A stretch of DNA of 64,000 nt, taken from contig OZ024742.1 in the NCBI GenBank assembly GCA_964016885.1, forward strand, positions 81,902,001-81,966,000, in the 5' to 3' direction. The position numbers and the translations under genes are program-made. Numbering within the stretch: position 1 is the stretch's first letter; every line of letters begins with the position of its first letter. The notes under the pieces were generated by a model that worked only from the letters and a program-made list of their open reading frames with translations, was not told where the DNA came from and did no database searches. Below are positions 12,559 to 25,772 of this stretch, piece after piece. The stretch comes from Eledone cirrhosa. Its lineage: Eukaryota.

Positions 12559-14804
12559 TCAACCTCTCAAAGACACCTCTAACCAACACACAAATCAACA
12601 TTTTAAGTAAGGGCCTGAAATTTACACCTACACCACGTGAACCAAACTTCCCCGAAATGAAGGATGACATCATGGAATACTGCCGAAAGCTGCGACTAAC
12701 GGAATTCTTCCACAACGATACCAATACTGAAGACGAATCACTGGTTAGAAATAAAAGCAATTTCTGCCCACAAAAGGGAAGAAATAAAGCAGTGGACACG
12801 TACTGCGAACACATCACCAACTTTCCCTATGAAAAAATTACAAATAAACACACGAAATCAAACCTATCTACACACGAATGGGAAGAATTATTCACACTTA
12901 GAAACAACCCTGAGATAACTATCAAAGAAGCCGATAAAGGCAGTACTGTTGTCATTATGAATACGGACTACTATAGGACCCTCGCACTTAACATTTTAGA
13001 AAACAACACATACTATGAAAAAACAGAAAACTACAAACACACCAAAACAATGGGGAACCTTTTGACCTTACTGAATAAATACCGCAACAGCTTAACCACA
13101 AAAGAGTTTAACTATATAAGCCACTTCAAATGCAATACAAGCTCTTTTTACGGCTTACCGAAACTTCACAAATGTAAACCCATAAACGATGCATGTGACA
13201 CCTCAACCAACAATTACATTGAACTAACACCACCAGAAGACCTAAAACTCAGGCCAATTATAGCAGGCCCTACATGTGAAACCCACAGACTTAGCAACTT
13301 TCTGGACATCCTACTGAAACCCTTTCTACAACATATACAGAGCTGCATACGAGATGACCTTGACATGCTGAAACACCTCCCTAAAACAGTAAGTGCAAAT
13401 AAAATTCTTGTCTCCTTTGACGTAATAAACCTCTACACAAACATACCTCACAACTATGGAATAACAGCAGTCCAATACTGGCTTAACACACACCTATCAG
13501 AAATACCGACACGCATCAACACAGATTTTATCACTGACGGACTCCGCTTTATCCTACAAAATAACTACTTCACATTCAATGGTTCAACATACAGACAAGT
13601 ATCAGGTACGGCAATGGGCACGAAAGTAGCACCCACATATGCCAACCTAGTCATGGGATTCCATGAACAACAAATATACAGTCAGTCCCTTCTCTTATTT
13701 GGAGACTCTTTCCACACACACCTCAAAGCCAATTGGAAAAGATATCTAGACGACTGCTTTATCCTATGGCAAGAAGACATGAACTCACTTACTACGTTTA
13801 AAAACATGATAAACAACATAGATAATAACATACAATTCACAATGGAATCCAATCCTAAGGAATTAGCCTTCTTGGATATTCTCATCTCTGTAATAGACGG
13901 GAAATTAGATACAGATATATTCTATAAACACACAGATTCCAAGCAATACCTCTTTTTCACATCAAGTCACCCAAAACATACAAAACTTAACATTCCTTAC
14001 AATTTGGCCAAACGTATATGTACCATAGTATCAGATCCACCTAAAAGGGAGCAAAGACTATAGGAACTAAAAGACACCCTTATCTTAAGAGCCTTTCCAC
14101 TTGAAATAATCAACAATGGAATAGACAGGGCAAAACACCTAAATCCCCATCAACTTAACAATCCAAAACAGAAAACCACACTCAACACCCTGCCATATGT
14201 ATCCACTTTCAACCCCAGAAATACCGAAATGTTTGATCACCTACACAAAAACCTCCCCATCCTACTTAAAGATGTAAAAATGAAGTCTATTCTTGAAACA
14301 CACAAGATCCTTAAAAGTAAAAGACAACCCAAATCACTTAAACGCATTCTCACTGGACCAAATATACCCAAACCAATCCTCAACCCTACAGTTACCAAAT
14401 GTGGTAGAACAAACTGTGGAACGTGCCTCTACCTCACTGAAGGACAAACATTTACATTCAAAGATGGCCAAACATTTACAGTAAAAAACAATTTCACCTG
14501 CAACTCGGAGAACTTGATTTACGCAATAACTTGCGGTGGGTGCAAACACAACTACATAGGACAGACGGGCACCTCATTACGCAAAAGAATGACCATCCAC
14601 CGCCAACAAATCCGGGACGCTAACACAAGAAAATTCCCCTTGAGCAGCCATATTGCGAACTGCGCAGGAATGACACTACCCAACTTTAAAATCTTCCCCT
14701 TCTACAAGTGCTCAGATTCGTTCACACAGCAACAAAGAATAAACAAAGAAAATCTATTCCTTAACAAATTTAAACCAAAACTAAACGAGTTATCACCCCA
14801 ATAG
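12528..14804 (+). pseudogene. PLE reverse transcriptase plus GIY-YIG endonuclease, broken by a single TAG (14061-14063)
   Basis: LSKGLKFTP, IKEADKG, FYGLPKLHK, RPII, SFDVINLYTNIP, GTAMGT, RYLDDCF, FLD, CGRTNCGTC linker, NLIYAITC..YIGQT..RMTIH. 12528-14063 and 14229-14804 share a frame and 14064-14228 is stop-free. Confidence 0.93.
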
Positions 14805-15509
14805 AATTGTCATAAAATATAAACACACATACGCACGGACTCACTACTATTAAAGACCAGAGACCAATTCTGTAGAATCAGGTTTATTCATTGACAGACC
14901 ATGCCTTTGTGTGACCAACACATCCATGTTAAACCCTGCACGTGCACACACATATATCTATATATATATGCGCACACAGAATTCACCACTGTCGGTTGCG
15001 GGGCCCAATCTACATGAATAACTCAATGTGATCAGAATGACTTGTATTTTAATTTCACTGCCCCAACTTCTTATATTATGGAAAAAATATATGTCTGTAT
15101 GTATATATATATATATATATATATTTGAAGGCCATTTCTCTGTGTGTGGGTGTATGTATGTGTATATGTGTGTGTGTATGTGCGTGCATGTGGATGTATG
15201 TATTGTGTGTGCGTGTGTGTGTGTGTATGTATGTATGTGGGTATCTGGATGTATGCGTATGTGTATATATATATATATATGCGTGTGTGTGTGTGTATAT
15301 ATATGTGTGTATATGTGTGTATATATATGTGTGTGTGTGTGTATGTTTGTATGTGTGTATGCATATATATATATGTGTGTGTGTGTATGTATGTGTGGGG
15401 GTGTGTGTGTATATAAATATATATATATATATATGTGTGTGTGTATGTGTATATATGTGTGTGTGTGTATGTGTGTATGTATATGTATGTGTGTGTGTAT
15501 GTATGTGTG

Positions 15510-15552
<43 letters not shown>

Positions 15553-15904
15553 GTATATGTATGTATGTGTGGATGAAGGTATGTGTGTATATATGGGTGT
15601 GCACTAAATCCCTTTCTATCACGCTCCACTCTCCTACCCATCACAGGAAGATATGTGTATGTATATTGCTTCCACACCCTCACTGACCAGCAGCTGGCCA
15701 GTTGGTGATTGCTAAATCTGACCTTTATAAAATAACCCACACCCCAAATAACTTCTCATTCACTACCAGAAAGGGACACAGCAGTCAACCTGTTGTTGCT
15801 ACCTAGATGAAAACTGCTATGAAATCCCACAATGAATTTTATACTTGAATTTTCAAATCTCAAATTTTAACTCTTCGTATTATTAATTTTTCTTAATATT
15901 AATC

Positions 15905-15953
15905 AACATTTGAAAAGATGGCTTTTGCAGACCCATCGAAACTGGTCATTTTT
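15905..15953 (+). ncRNA. Degenerate minimal hammerhead at the start of the 3' pLTR
   Basis: TTGAAAA (for CTGAAGA)-gatgg cttttgcagac ccatc-GAAA-ctg-GTC; stem II gatgg/ccatc is perfect; core has two substitutions. Confidence 0.55.
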
Positions 15954-16088
15954 TATACCCTTTATTATTTCCTTACCTTATAAAATTATGTTTTTTCACA
16001 AAAAAGTATTCTGTCTCTTATATATTCCATGTGCCATTACCAACCTCAATGTTCTCTATAACCTTCGTTTTGTGTAGAAAATTACACT

Positions 16089-16141
<53 letters not shown>

Positions 16142-16756
16142 CATAATACATTCACACAATCAAACATATATACACACGTACATGCATACACATACATAAA
16201 TGCACTCCTCTACATATTTACACACGCAAATAAATATAGGAAAAAAATATATATATATATATATATATTATAAAAACATTGAGACCGTTACATAAGGCAG
16301 CAAACTGGACAGACAAGCGTGGAAAGAAACACACACAAAAGCACATATACATACGCACGAAATAGTCAACGCATTCACACACTCTCACACATAAAAAAAA
16401 TTTCAAATACAAATACAAAAACGCATACATACGCATACATGCAAAACCACGCACAAGTGTACAATCTATACACACACACACGTGTATACAACTATATGCA
16501 CACACACACATATATGCATACATATACACACACATATATATACATAAATACAAACGTACACACACACATATATATACACGTACACATACACACACATATA
16601 CATACATAGCTAAACAATTATACACATACAAATACGTATATATAATAAACACGCACAACAGAACACAAACACACACACACGCACACATATACACACACAC
16701 ACACACATATACAGTTATCAATATATACATACGCACATATGTACACGCACACATAT

Positions 16757-16821
<65 letters not shown>

Positions 16822-16964
16822 CACATATACATGCATATACACATATACACACATACATACAACCACGCACACACACATGCATACGCATACACACACGTAT
16901 ATGCGTGTGTGTATGTAAAACTCAATCGTAGATAAATCATAAGGACCTTACATATACGTATATA

Positions 16965-17212
16965 TAGTAGTAAAGTATTAAAGCAACATAAGGCAATTAT
17001 TCCATTTACCAAGGGTTTCTTAACAGCAAAAACATGTTTCCTACAATCTTCAGGATGAGAGAAACCTGGCTTATCCACACATACACATATATACACACAC
17101 ACACAAATACATACACATATAAATACATACACACAGGCACACACACACATACGTATAAACATATATACATACACACATACACATACACACACATATCTAT
17201 ATGTATATATAT

Positions 17213-17273
<61 letters not shown>

Positions 17274-18525
17274 TACACACAAATATACATACACATACAC
17301 ATAGGTATGTGGAGGGCAAGGCAAAAAGAATATATGTGTGGGGGTGGGGGGGCCGCATAGGAGAAGGTAAAATATAAGGGGATGTAAGGGAGAAAAAAAT
17401 ATATAATAAATGTAAGTATACAAGAGTACAGAACGTAGAAACAGTAAAATAAAAACCGTAGCAGAAGTAAAGAGTGGGTGGGGAGTTCAAGGCGGTTGAT
17501 TTCTCATAGGAGTGTCAATCCAGTTACAGATCAGGTGCGGTCTCAGATGAGGACAGCATCTGAAGATCTCAGTCTTTGAATTAAGGCAAGCGGAAGTGTC
17601 TCTCAAGTTTAGCAAAATCCTATACTTTTCTGTGGTACACAAAGAACAATTCTTTGTGCCCCTTTGGTACTCCCTCGAATGGTCTAATATAGATCAATCA
17701 ATAGAGTACGGGATGTTACTATCCTTGAGTTCCCACACCTTACTTGCGAGGGCCGTTGATGTTCGTTTATCGGAGTGCTTAAAAGAAGCGACATGTGAGT
17801 AAAATCTGGTTTTAAACCTGTCCTGGGTCATACCGACATATCGCTCACTCATGGCTGGCTGGTTGTTGATTGCTGGTGTTATCGTAGCCTCATAAACGAC
17901 AGATTTAGTGGTACATCTACCCTGCAATGGGCATTCTTCCGGCTACCTGCAACTGCATCCTGGATTTATTCTCGTCCGGTTTGAGCTGGTGATTTTGGAC
18001 TTCATAGATGGGCAACAAGAGTAGCTGATCTTGACTACGTTCCTATTAAATATCTTATAGTATCTATGATTAGGGGGAAAATGTTTGTCTAATAGTTCAA
18101 GGAATTTCCTTCCTACATTAGTTTTGACAGTTAGAGAGAAGGGGTGTGTGAACCAAATAATCTTCCTTTTCCTGTTATTGTGGTTAGTTTTAGGGGGGGG
18201 GGGGGGGAGTAGGTAAATAAGAAATGTTTTCTGTAAAACCGCTGTTCTTAAGGGCTTTATTATAATAAGGGGCGGCTTTATTAAAAATGTCTATAGACGA
18301 AGATAAAATAGAAATCCTACTGCTAATGTTAGGAATAAGATTATTAAAAACTATAGGGGGATGGCAAGACTCTTTGTGTATATACCTAAGATTTTCGTTA
18401 GGTTTATGGTAGGGTTTAAAAGAGGCAGTAAGTAAATCAAGATTAATATCAAGAAAGTTAGCATTAGTAAGGTTCGTATCTATAGTAATTTTAAGGTTAA
18501 GATTAGCAAAAGTATTGATTAAATC
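16965..18525 (-). mobile_element. Decayed Naiad-type Penelope-like element (RT thumb remnant, GIY-YIG, pLTR)
   Basis: Minus strand reads KRKIIWFTHPFSLTVKTNVGRKFLELLDKHFPPNH..IFNRN, CSCR..CPLQGRC..VVYEA..YVGMT..FKTRF..H, CSLCTTEK; hammerhead near the 3' end. Confidence 0.85.
17000..17060 (-). ncRNA. Hammerhead ribozyme, partly decayed homolog of 9969-10028
   Basis: CTGAAGA...GAAA-cc ctt gg-TA-aatggaa; core intact, stems I and II with mismatches; shares the flank aacataaggcaattattccattt with the 9969 copy. Confidence 0.65.
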
Positions 18526-18563
18526 TGTACGTGTGTATATATGTTTGATTGTGTGAATGTATG

Positions 18564-18637
<74 letters not shown>

Positions 18638-18721
18638 GGTATGGCTATGTGTACGTATGTGTATGCGTGTACGCACGTGCATATATATATATATATGTAT
18701 GTATATATATGCGTGTATATA

Positions 18722-18754
<33 letters not shown>

Positions 18755-19249
18755 GTATATATGCATGTGTGTGTGTGTGTATGTGTGTGTACATATATAT
18801 ATGTATGCGTGTATGTGTGTAGATATGTTTGTGTGTGCGTGTGGGTGTGTGTGTGTGTGTGTGTGTGTGTATGTATGAATGTTTGTATATGTTTGTTCTT
18901 AGAGGAACAAAGGCAGACAGATTTCTGTATTCAGATTGGAGCCAATCCTCATCATTAGGTTTCTCTTTGGCTTACAGGTGTCTGTAAGATCAGTATGCGG
19001 TCAGCCATGGTAGATAGATTTGGAGGAAGGGGAGATTCCTTAAAAGCTAAATTCTTAAAGGTTCTAGTAAATTGACGAAGGTTTAGGGAATTCTGTAGAC
19101 ATTTTCTAAGTATAATCTAATTCACGAGACACTTGCACGCACACACATGTGTATGGGGGAAATATATTTATATTTGTATACGCGTGCGTGCGTGCGCGCA
19201 TACACATGCGTGTGTATGTATGTGTGTGTGTGTGTATGTGTGTGTGTGT

Positions 19250-19288
<39 letters not shown>

Positions 19289-19307
19289 TGTGTGTGTGTG
19301 CGTGTGT

Positions 19308-19339
<32 letters not shown>

Positions 19340-19462
19340 TTTTATATATATACAGATTCTCATCTATATTAAAACTTTCATGCTCTGCGGTGTACTGAGT
19401 GCCTTGCTTACTGTGGCTGCCTCCGATACAACCCGGAATATCGTGTGTGTGTATGCGTGTGT

Positions 19463-19505
<43 letters not shown>

Positions 19506-19576
19506 TTTATGTTTTTTCGTAATTTTTTTGTAATTACAATGAAGCGTTAGCTAGAGCAGGATATAGTGATAAAATT

Positions 19577-20383
19577 ATGTACATAGATAATAATAGACAA
19601 CCTAACCAAAATAACAACAATTTTAATTACGGCAACAACTTTAACAACTATAATAGAAAGCATTACAATAATTCCAAAAGCCAAAAAAGAGATAGAACTA
19701 GGAATATAATATGGTTCCCCCCCCCCTCTTTCTCACTAAACATTAAAACCCACATCGCTAAACTATTTTTTAATGCTCTTGATAATCGCTTTCCTAGAAC
19801 ACATAGGTATCACTCAATTTTCAATAGACATACTATAAAATTAACCTACTCATCCACCAAAAATTTAGCACAAAATATTAATAGAATAAATAATAGGAAT
19901 TTAAAACCTAGCCAAAATACCGATAATAGCATAAATAATATCCAAGTTAACAAATGTAACTGTAGAGATAGATCTAAATGTCCGTTAAATAACAATTGCT
20001 TAGTTAAAAATATAATATACAACTGTAATGTTAAAACGGACTTAAATTCTTTTAACTATGTTGGTTCCACCTCGACAGAATTTAAACTTCGCTATAATAA
20101 CCACAAGAATTCTTTCACAGATCCAAGCAAAAAATCCTCAACATCACTATCAGGCCTACTCTGGCAACTTAGGCATGATAACGTTGGATATTCAACGGCT
20201 TGGAATATAGTCTCAAGAGGGATTCCTTTTAATTCATCCTCTGAGACATGTGACCTCTGCGCGGAGGAGATATTCTTTATACTAAAATCTAAAAATTCCC
20301 TTAATTTACGGACAAATTTATTCAGTTGCTGCAGACATAGATTGAACTCAACTTTTAAATATAAATATAAATTTAAAATGTAG
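19577..20383 (+). CDS. Open C-terminal portion of a PLE protein: linker plus GIY-YIG endonuclease
   Basis: RNIIWFPPPSFS..FNRHTIKLTYS, CNCRDRSKCPLNNNCL, IIYNC..YVGST..FKLRYNNH, CDLCAEE, LNLR..CCRH; 268 codons uninterrupted. The ATG is probably internal to a truncated ORF. Confidence 0.8.
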   Translation: MYIDNNRQPNQNNNNFNYGNNFNNYNRKHYNNSKSQKRDRTRNIIWFPPPSFSLNIKTHIAKLFFNALDNRFPRTHRYHSIFNRHTIKLTYSSTKNLAQNINRINNRNLKPSQNTDNSINNIQVNKCNCRDRSKCPLNNNCLVKNIIYNCNVKTDLNSFNYVGSTSTEFKLRYNNHKNSFTDPSKKSSTSLSGLLWQLRHDNVGYSTAWNIVSRGIPFNSSSETCDLCAEEIFFILKSKNSLNLRTNLFSCCRHRLNSTFKYKYKFKM

Positions 20384-21720
20384 TATATTTAATTTGATTT
20401 ATAATTATTTATGAAACTCGCCGATAAATCTTTCGATTCCTTTTTATTTTAAACATTCTTCATGAATAATTAAACTACCCTAAAAGCTGATGCTCCAAAT
20501 ATATCGAATAAATTTTACACTAGATAAACTTCTATATTAAATATAAGACCATCTGTAGATCAAATGGGTATCCTAAACTTTTGGAATGTTTTCTGCTAGA
20601 CAGGATTTGGTAAATAATTTTTGGTTTTGTTTGCTTTTGATCCTGATGCTTATAACGAACTTGTCAATATATTGTCAATTAACTTTGAAGGGTTGATCTC
20701 TGTGATTGATTTGCGGGGCATACTATGTTTTATTTTTATTTTAATATTTTTAATATTTTTTATTTTTAATATTTTTTTGATTTTTTTGTTTTTTATTTAC
20801 TTTTCGTTTCTGATATTTTTATTGATATTGATATCTGTTCTCTATTTATGCTTGAACGATAATCATGTAGAGTAAAGACATGAATAGTATTGTTAAAATT
20901 AATGTAGACTCTATATATATTTATGTGTATGTACACATATATGTATACTTAAATTTTTTATAGCACAATGAGAATGTTTTCGTGTGAAATAGGAATTTGC
21001 AGAGCTGATCACGTAAATTCACATGGATGTATATAGTATAAAATCTGGGATAACCTTCTATTTTATCTCAACACTAATATAAACCTAGGAATTTTAAACT
21101 AGACATAATATCATTATTTTTCACACATTATTGATACGTGTCTCATTCATGAATACTGATATTTACATTATAATGCCTGTTTTATACGAATTGATATTTT
21201 TTACATTGATGAAACATAGTGTTTTAAATTTGCCTCGTTTTTGTCTGGATATTTTCTTTTCTCTCTATGTAACGGCTGTTTACTCTCTTAACCACATATA
21301 TCTCTCTCTACATTAATACTAGAGCTAAATAAATAAATAAATATATCATTGATACGTTATTCAACTGGTGCCCAACTACCTAGTTTCTTTCTCTCTATCT
21401 CTATCTATATCTATCTCTCTATATTTTCTCTCTCTCTCTCTCTCCTCTCTTCTCTCTCTCTCTATCTATCTCCCTCTGTGTTTTTTCCTCTCTCTATATA
21501 TCTCTCTCTGTTTCTTTACATGAATTTCTTCTCTCTATCTATATCTCTATATCTATATCTCTCTCTATTTAGTTGCATGCATTTCTTCTTTTTCTTCGTT
21601 TTTCTTTCTTTCTTTTTGTAACTGTCCCTAATATTTTTTCACTACCAAATCAACTTTTCAAATAGAAGTCGAAGTTGAAAGGTATGTCGAATCTATCTAT
21701 TTATAAGACTGTTTATATTG

Positions 21721-21786
21721 TATTTTGTCTGAAGAAGGCATAACATATTTTTAATATGATATCCCTGAAATATATATAACGAAATA
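21721..21786 (+). ncRNA. Minimal type I hammerhead ribozyme (intact core)
   Basis: tattttgt-CTGAAGA-aggcataacatatt ttt aatatgatatccct-GAAA-tatata-TA-acgaaata; 8-bp stem I with one G-U; palindromic stem III. Confidence 0.85.
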
Positions 21787-21937
21787 AATATGGTTTTATA
21801 AATATAGTTTCCATTTATTTAATATCGTAAATATACTCCAAATACTTGTTGAGTGCTTTTATATCAGTTATAAATATTTACTCGTTGTTAACCCAACAAT
21901 TTAAATAAAACTGTGCATATATATATATATATATATC

Positions 21938-21976
<39 letters not shown>

Positions 21977-22077
21977 GTATCTATGTATGTGTAAATATAT
22001 ATATATATATGTACCCACATATTACTCTTTTACTCTTTTACCTGTTTCAGCCATGTATGTATGTTTACATTTGTATA

Positions 22078-22171
<94 letters not shown>

Positions 22172-22242
22172 TATATATATATAAAAATATAAACATACAT
22201 ACATACATGTATATACATATGTGTGTACATATATATATTCAT

Positions 22243-22314
<72 letters not shown>

Positions 22315-22319
<5 letters not shown>

Positions 22320-22420
22320 ACAAAGTAATTGTGGTAAGGAACCAGATGGATCATAACGCACCAGAGTACTCAATACTTAGACTGGTAGAGTGGGAAATAG
22401 GAAAAAGTAAGACCCCGATA
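22315..22420 (-). mobile_element. pLTR end fragment of the 8713-9780 PLE family
   Basis: Reverse complement of ~9677-9780; cut off by the RTE element. Confidence 0.8.
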
Positions 22421-25400
22421 TGTCCTGGGTATGACATTAAACTACATCCAGTGGCAAGGCTCCAGTTCGGGAGTTCAGGAGGTGTGGGGAATGTGGAGTT
22501 ACCCCTTAGTTGTCATGACTCCCAGGTCTGCCCTGGCCCGGGGTGGTAGTACCTGTTAGGGCTCCATTTATGGTTTAAATAACTACCTTATTCGAGTGGC
22601 GCCGGTCACGTATTGTCAGCCATTGAAAAGAAATATGGAGAGTCGATCTAACAGCACTAGGGTTAGAGCCCCTAATTACACTGTCAATGAGCAGCCTGGT
22701 CGTTATGGCTCTGCTGGCTTAGAGCCACAGTGAGGGCCAGTGGATGACGGAACAGCTGTCTCTGAGACAAATATAAAGAATGCAGTTTTGTCCTGCTGAA
22801 GAGCCATCAAAATGGGCACTTTGAATGCGAGGACTATTCGGACGCTGGAGAAGAGAGAGGAGTTTGGACATCTGTTCGAGGAGAGTGGTATACATATACT
22901 TGCGATCCAAGAACACAGGATCCTACACGATGAGCCCGTGAGGAGTGTGAGGATCGGGAAGAAGAGCCAGCTGATCACTACATCGGCAGTGAAGAACACA
23001 ACAAATGCTGCAGTAGGAGGAGTAGGTTTTGTGTTCAGTGCAAAAACCAGTCTGTTGGTGAGGGAAATAATGCCTATCTCCCCGCGAGTGTTGAGGGTGA
23101 ACTTCAATGGAAACCCAAGACTGACAGTCATCTCAGCCTATAGTCCAACCGAGGGGGACAGTGATGTGAGTGCGGAAGAGTTCCATGAGGAGGTGTGTAG
23201 AGCTCTCAACACCACTCAGGCACACAATATCCTGCTGGTTTTCGGGGACATCTATGCACATCTGAGTAAGGAGGGCAGTGAAGATCCTTGCTGGTACATC
23301 CATAACAACACCAATCGAAATGGAAGACTACTGAGAGACACCCTGCTGGAGACGGACTTGATGGCGACCAACCTAAGGTTTAGGAAGAATCTGGGGAAGA
23401 TGTGGACCTGCATCTCATATATGCACCTGTCCAAGTCCCAGATTGATTTCATTCTGGTGAGGAAAAAGTGGCGGAATAGTGTTCTGAACACGGAACCATA
23501 CAGCTATTTCAGTACACTGGGTAGTGACCACCGGCTTGTTATGAGTGAGGTCCGGATGAGCTTAAGAAAGAGCAAGGCTCGGCCCCGGAGAACAATCTAT
23601 GACTGGGGAGCTTTCAAGGAAGATGATAAGCTACAGGAGAGGTTCACAGTGGAAGTGAGAAACAAGTTTAGTGCTCTGTGTGGAGAGTCAGAGGAGAGAG
23701 AGATTGGATCGACTGAGGAGAGTGTGACGAGGAGGTACGGGCACTTCACCAATGCAGTGGTGGAAGCAACTGAAACCCTGGTGCCGAGGAAAAAAAACCA
23801 AAGGGAAGCACGTCAGCGCTGAAAACCCAAAAGTGTGTGCAGCCAGAGAACACCTGAAAGCTGCCAGGGACCAATTCAATGCTGATCCTACGGAGGAGAG
23901 GATGGAGACTGTGGAGGTAATGAGGGAAGAGCTCTGTACCGCTTACACTGAGGTCAGAGAGGAGGCACTGATAGAGAAGATCAGAAGTGTGGAGAGAGCG
24001 GTGGACAGATCTGGATGTAAGGAGAGCTGGATGATCATCAACGAGATCACAGGGAGAAAGAGGTGTTCGAGTCAGATCCAGGGAACGGGGCCCGAGGATA
24101 GGAAGAGGAAATGGCTAGACCATTTTAGGACCCTACTAGGAGAGCCACCCTCCACAGCCCAGAGCACTGGGGAGATCAGGCGGCTGTTTTAGGAACTGGA
24201 GGTTGACACAGAGCCCTTCACCAGAGAGGAGCTTCAGAGAGCCAAGAAGGGGATCAAGGAGGGCAAGGCTCATGGAGAAGATGGTGTAGCATCAGAGGTG
24301 ATGAAGAGGTGTGATTTTGATGATATCATCCTGGGGTTCTGTAACGGGGCACTGGAGAAAGGAGTTGCTCCGAATCAGTGGAGGATCAGTAACATCGTTC
24401 CAGTGCCAAAGAAGTGAGATCTCTCTAACACCAACAACTACCGGGGGATCTCACTGACGTCACTTGTGGCAAAGACCCTCAACAGGATGATTCTTAACAG
24501 GATCCAGCCTGAGATGGAGAAGAAGTTCAGGGACAACCAGAACGGCTTCAGAGAGGGTAGATCAACCACCAGTCACATCCTGATGCTGAGGAGGATATTA
24601 GAGGGAGTTAGAGAAAAGTGCCTTCCTGCGGTCATGGTTTTCATTGACTTTAGGAAGGCCTTTGATTCTGTGGCCGTTACTTCCTGATGAAGATCTTACA
24701 GGCTTATGGAATCCCCAAGAAGATAATGGGCCTGATATCACTGCTCTACACCAACACCAAAGCCCAATTCATTACACCTGATGGGATGCCAGAGTTCTTT
24801 GAGATACTGGCTGGAGTGCTCCAGGGAGATACATTGGCTCCCTACTTTTTTATCATCGTAGTGGACTATTGTATGCGCCTTGCACTGGAGAAACACCCGA
24901 CTCTGGCTTTACTTTAGCACCGGCTCAGAGCAGGAGAGTTAGGGCGAAAAAGGTATCGGATGCTGAATTTGCCGACGGCATAATTTTGGTGACAAATACA
25001 GTGAAGGAGGCAGAGGATTTGATGCGGGAGGTTGAGACTGTGTCGATGAGTGTGGGGCTGAGAATGAATGAGACTAAAACAAAATATCTGGTAGAGAATG
25101 TTGAGAAGCCAGAGGGGATCACTAATGTAGGCGGGAAGCCGCTGTAATTGGTTGAGGACTTCCTGCATTTGGGAGCAAATATTGGGAATACGGAAGATGT
25201 TGTGGTTTAGAGGAAGAGCAAGGCCTGGGCGGCGTGCCACAGCTTGATATCGGTGTGGAAGTCGGATCTTCGTAGAGACCTGCAAATCCGCCTCTTCATT
25301 GCTGTAGTGGAGTCTGTGCTGCTGTATGGGTCTGAGACTTGGACACTGACCAAGAAACTCACTCAGATGGTGGATGGGTGCTACACGAGAATGCTGAGGA

Positions 25401-25725
25401 TGGCTCTGAACATTAATCTGTATACACTGAGGATGAAAAACTCAGAGCTTTATGGGAGCATCCCAAAAGTCAGCTCAAAAGTGACACAGAGGAGACTGAG
25501 GTTAGCTGGACATGCTCACCGACATCCAGAGTTGACATTGCAATCAGTTCTCCTTTGGGAGACCCTACATGGACACACTAGAAGAGGAAGACCAAGGTTA
25601 ACGTATGTTGATGACCTAAGGACAGACACTGGTCTGTTGGAGACGCATGACATGGCAGCGATAATGAGGGACAGAGACCGCTGGAGGGAACTCGTCCATG
25701 GATCTCGGGAATTTTACCCGCCTTA
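22421..25725 (+). mobile_element. Near full-length RTE-clade LINE (APE endonuclease plus RT), decayed
   Basis: GTLNART, ILAIQEHR, GGVGF, SAYSPT, QIDFIL, SDHRLV; YRGISL, NQNGFREGRST, FIDFRKAFDS, GVLQGDTLAP, EFADG, LLYGSETW, RLRLAGH, GRPRLTY; 5'UTR begins tgtcctgggtatgacattaaac. Confidence 0.92.
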
Positions 25726-25726
25726 G

Positions 25727-25772
<46 letters not shown>

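Larger units (their letters stand above)
11134..16097 (+). mobile_element. Near full-length Penelope-like element (Neptune-like) with ~150 bp direct terminal repeats
   Basis: pLTR copies 11134-11285 and 15948-16097; upstream ORF; RT and GIY-YIG ORF; (TA)n on both sides. Confidence 0.92.
10156..19520. repeat. ~0.9-1 kb inverted repeat arms (10156-11125 and ~18625-19520) separated by nested PLE insertions
   Basis: Unique blocks between the microsatellites (e.g. ccgggttgaatcggaggcagccacagtaagcaaggcac; ttggctccaatctgaatacagaaatctgtctgcc) are reverse-complemented in the same order in the other arm. Confidence 0.9.
19521..21910 (+). mobile_element. 5'-truncated Naiad-type Penelope-like element with long 3'UTR and hammerhead
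   Basis: Begins in YNEALARAGY; intact GIY-YIG region; T/C-rich UTR; hammerhead at 21721; ends at (TA)n. Confidence 0.85.

Noticed and set aside
14958-17490. Long YIYI/VCVC/HTHT ORFs here and throughout the window
   Set aside because: Translations of (TA)n/(CA)n microsatellites; not genes.
17694-17696. In-frame TGA in a Naiad-type ORF as selenocysteine
   Set aside because: It aligns to a conserved Trp (compare STAWNI and NLTWSL), not Cys; an ordinary TGG to TGA mutation.
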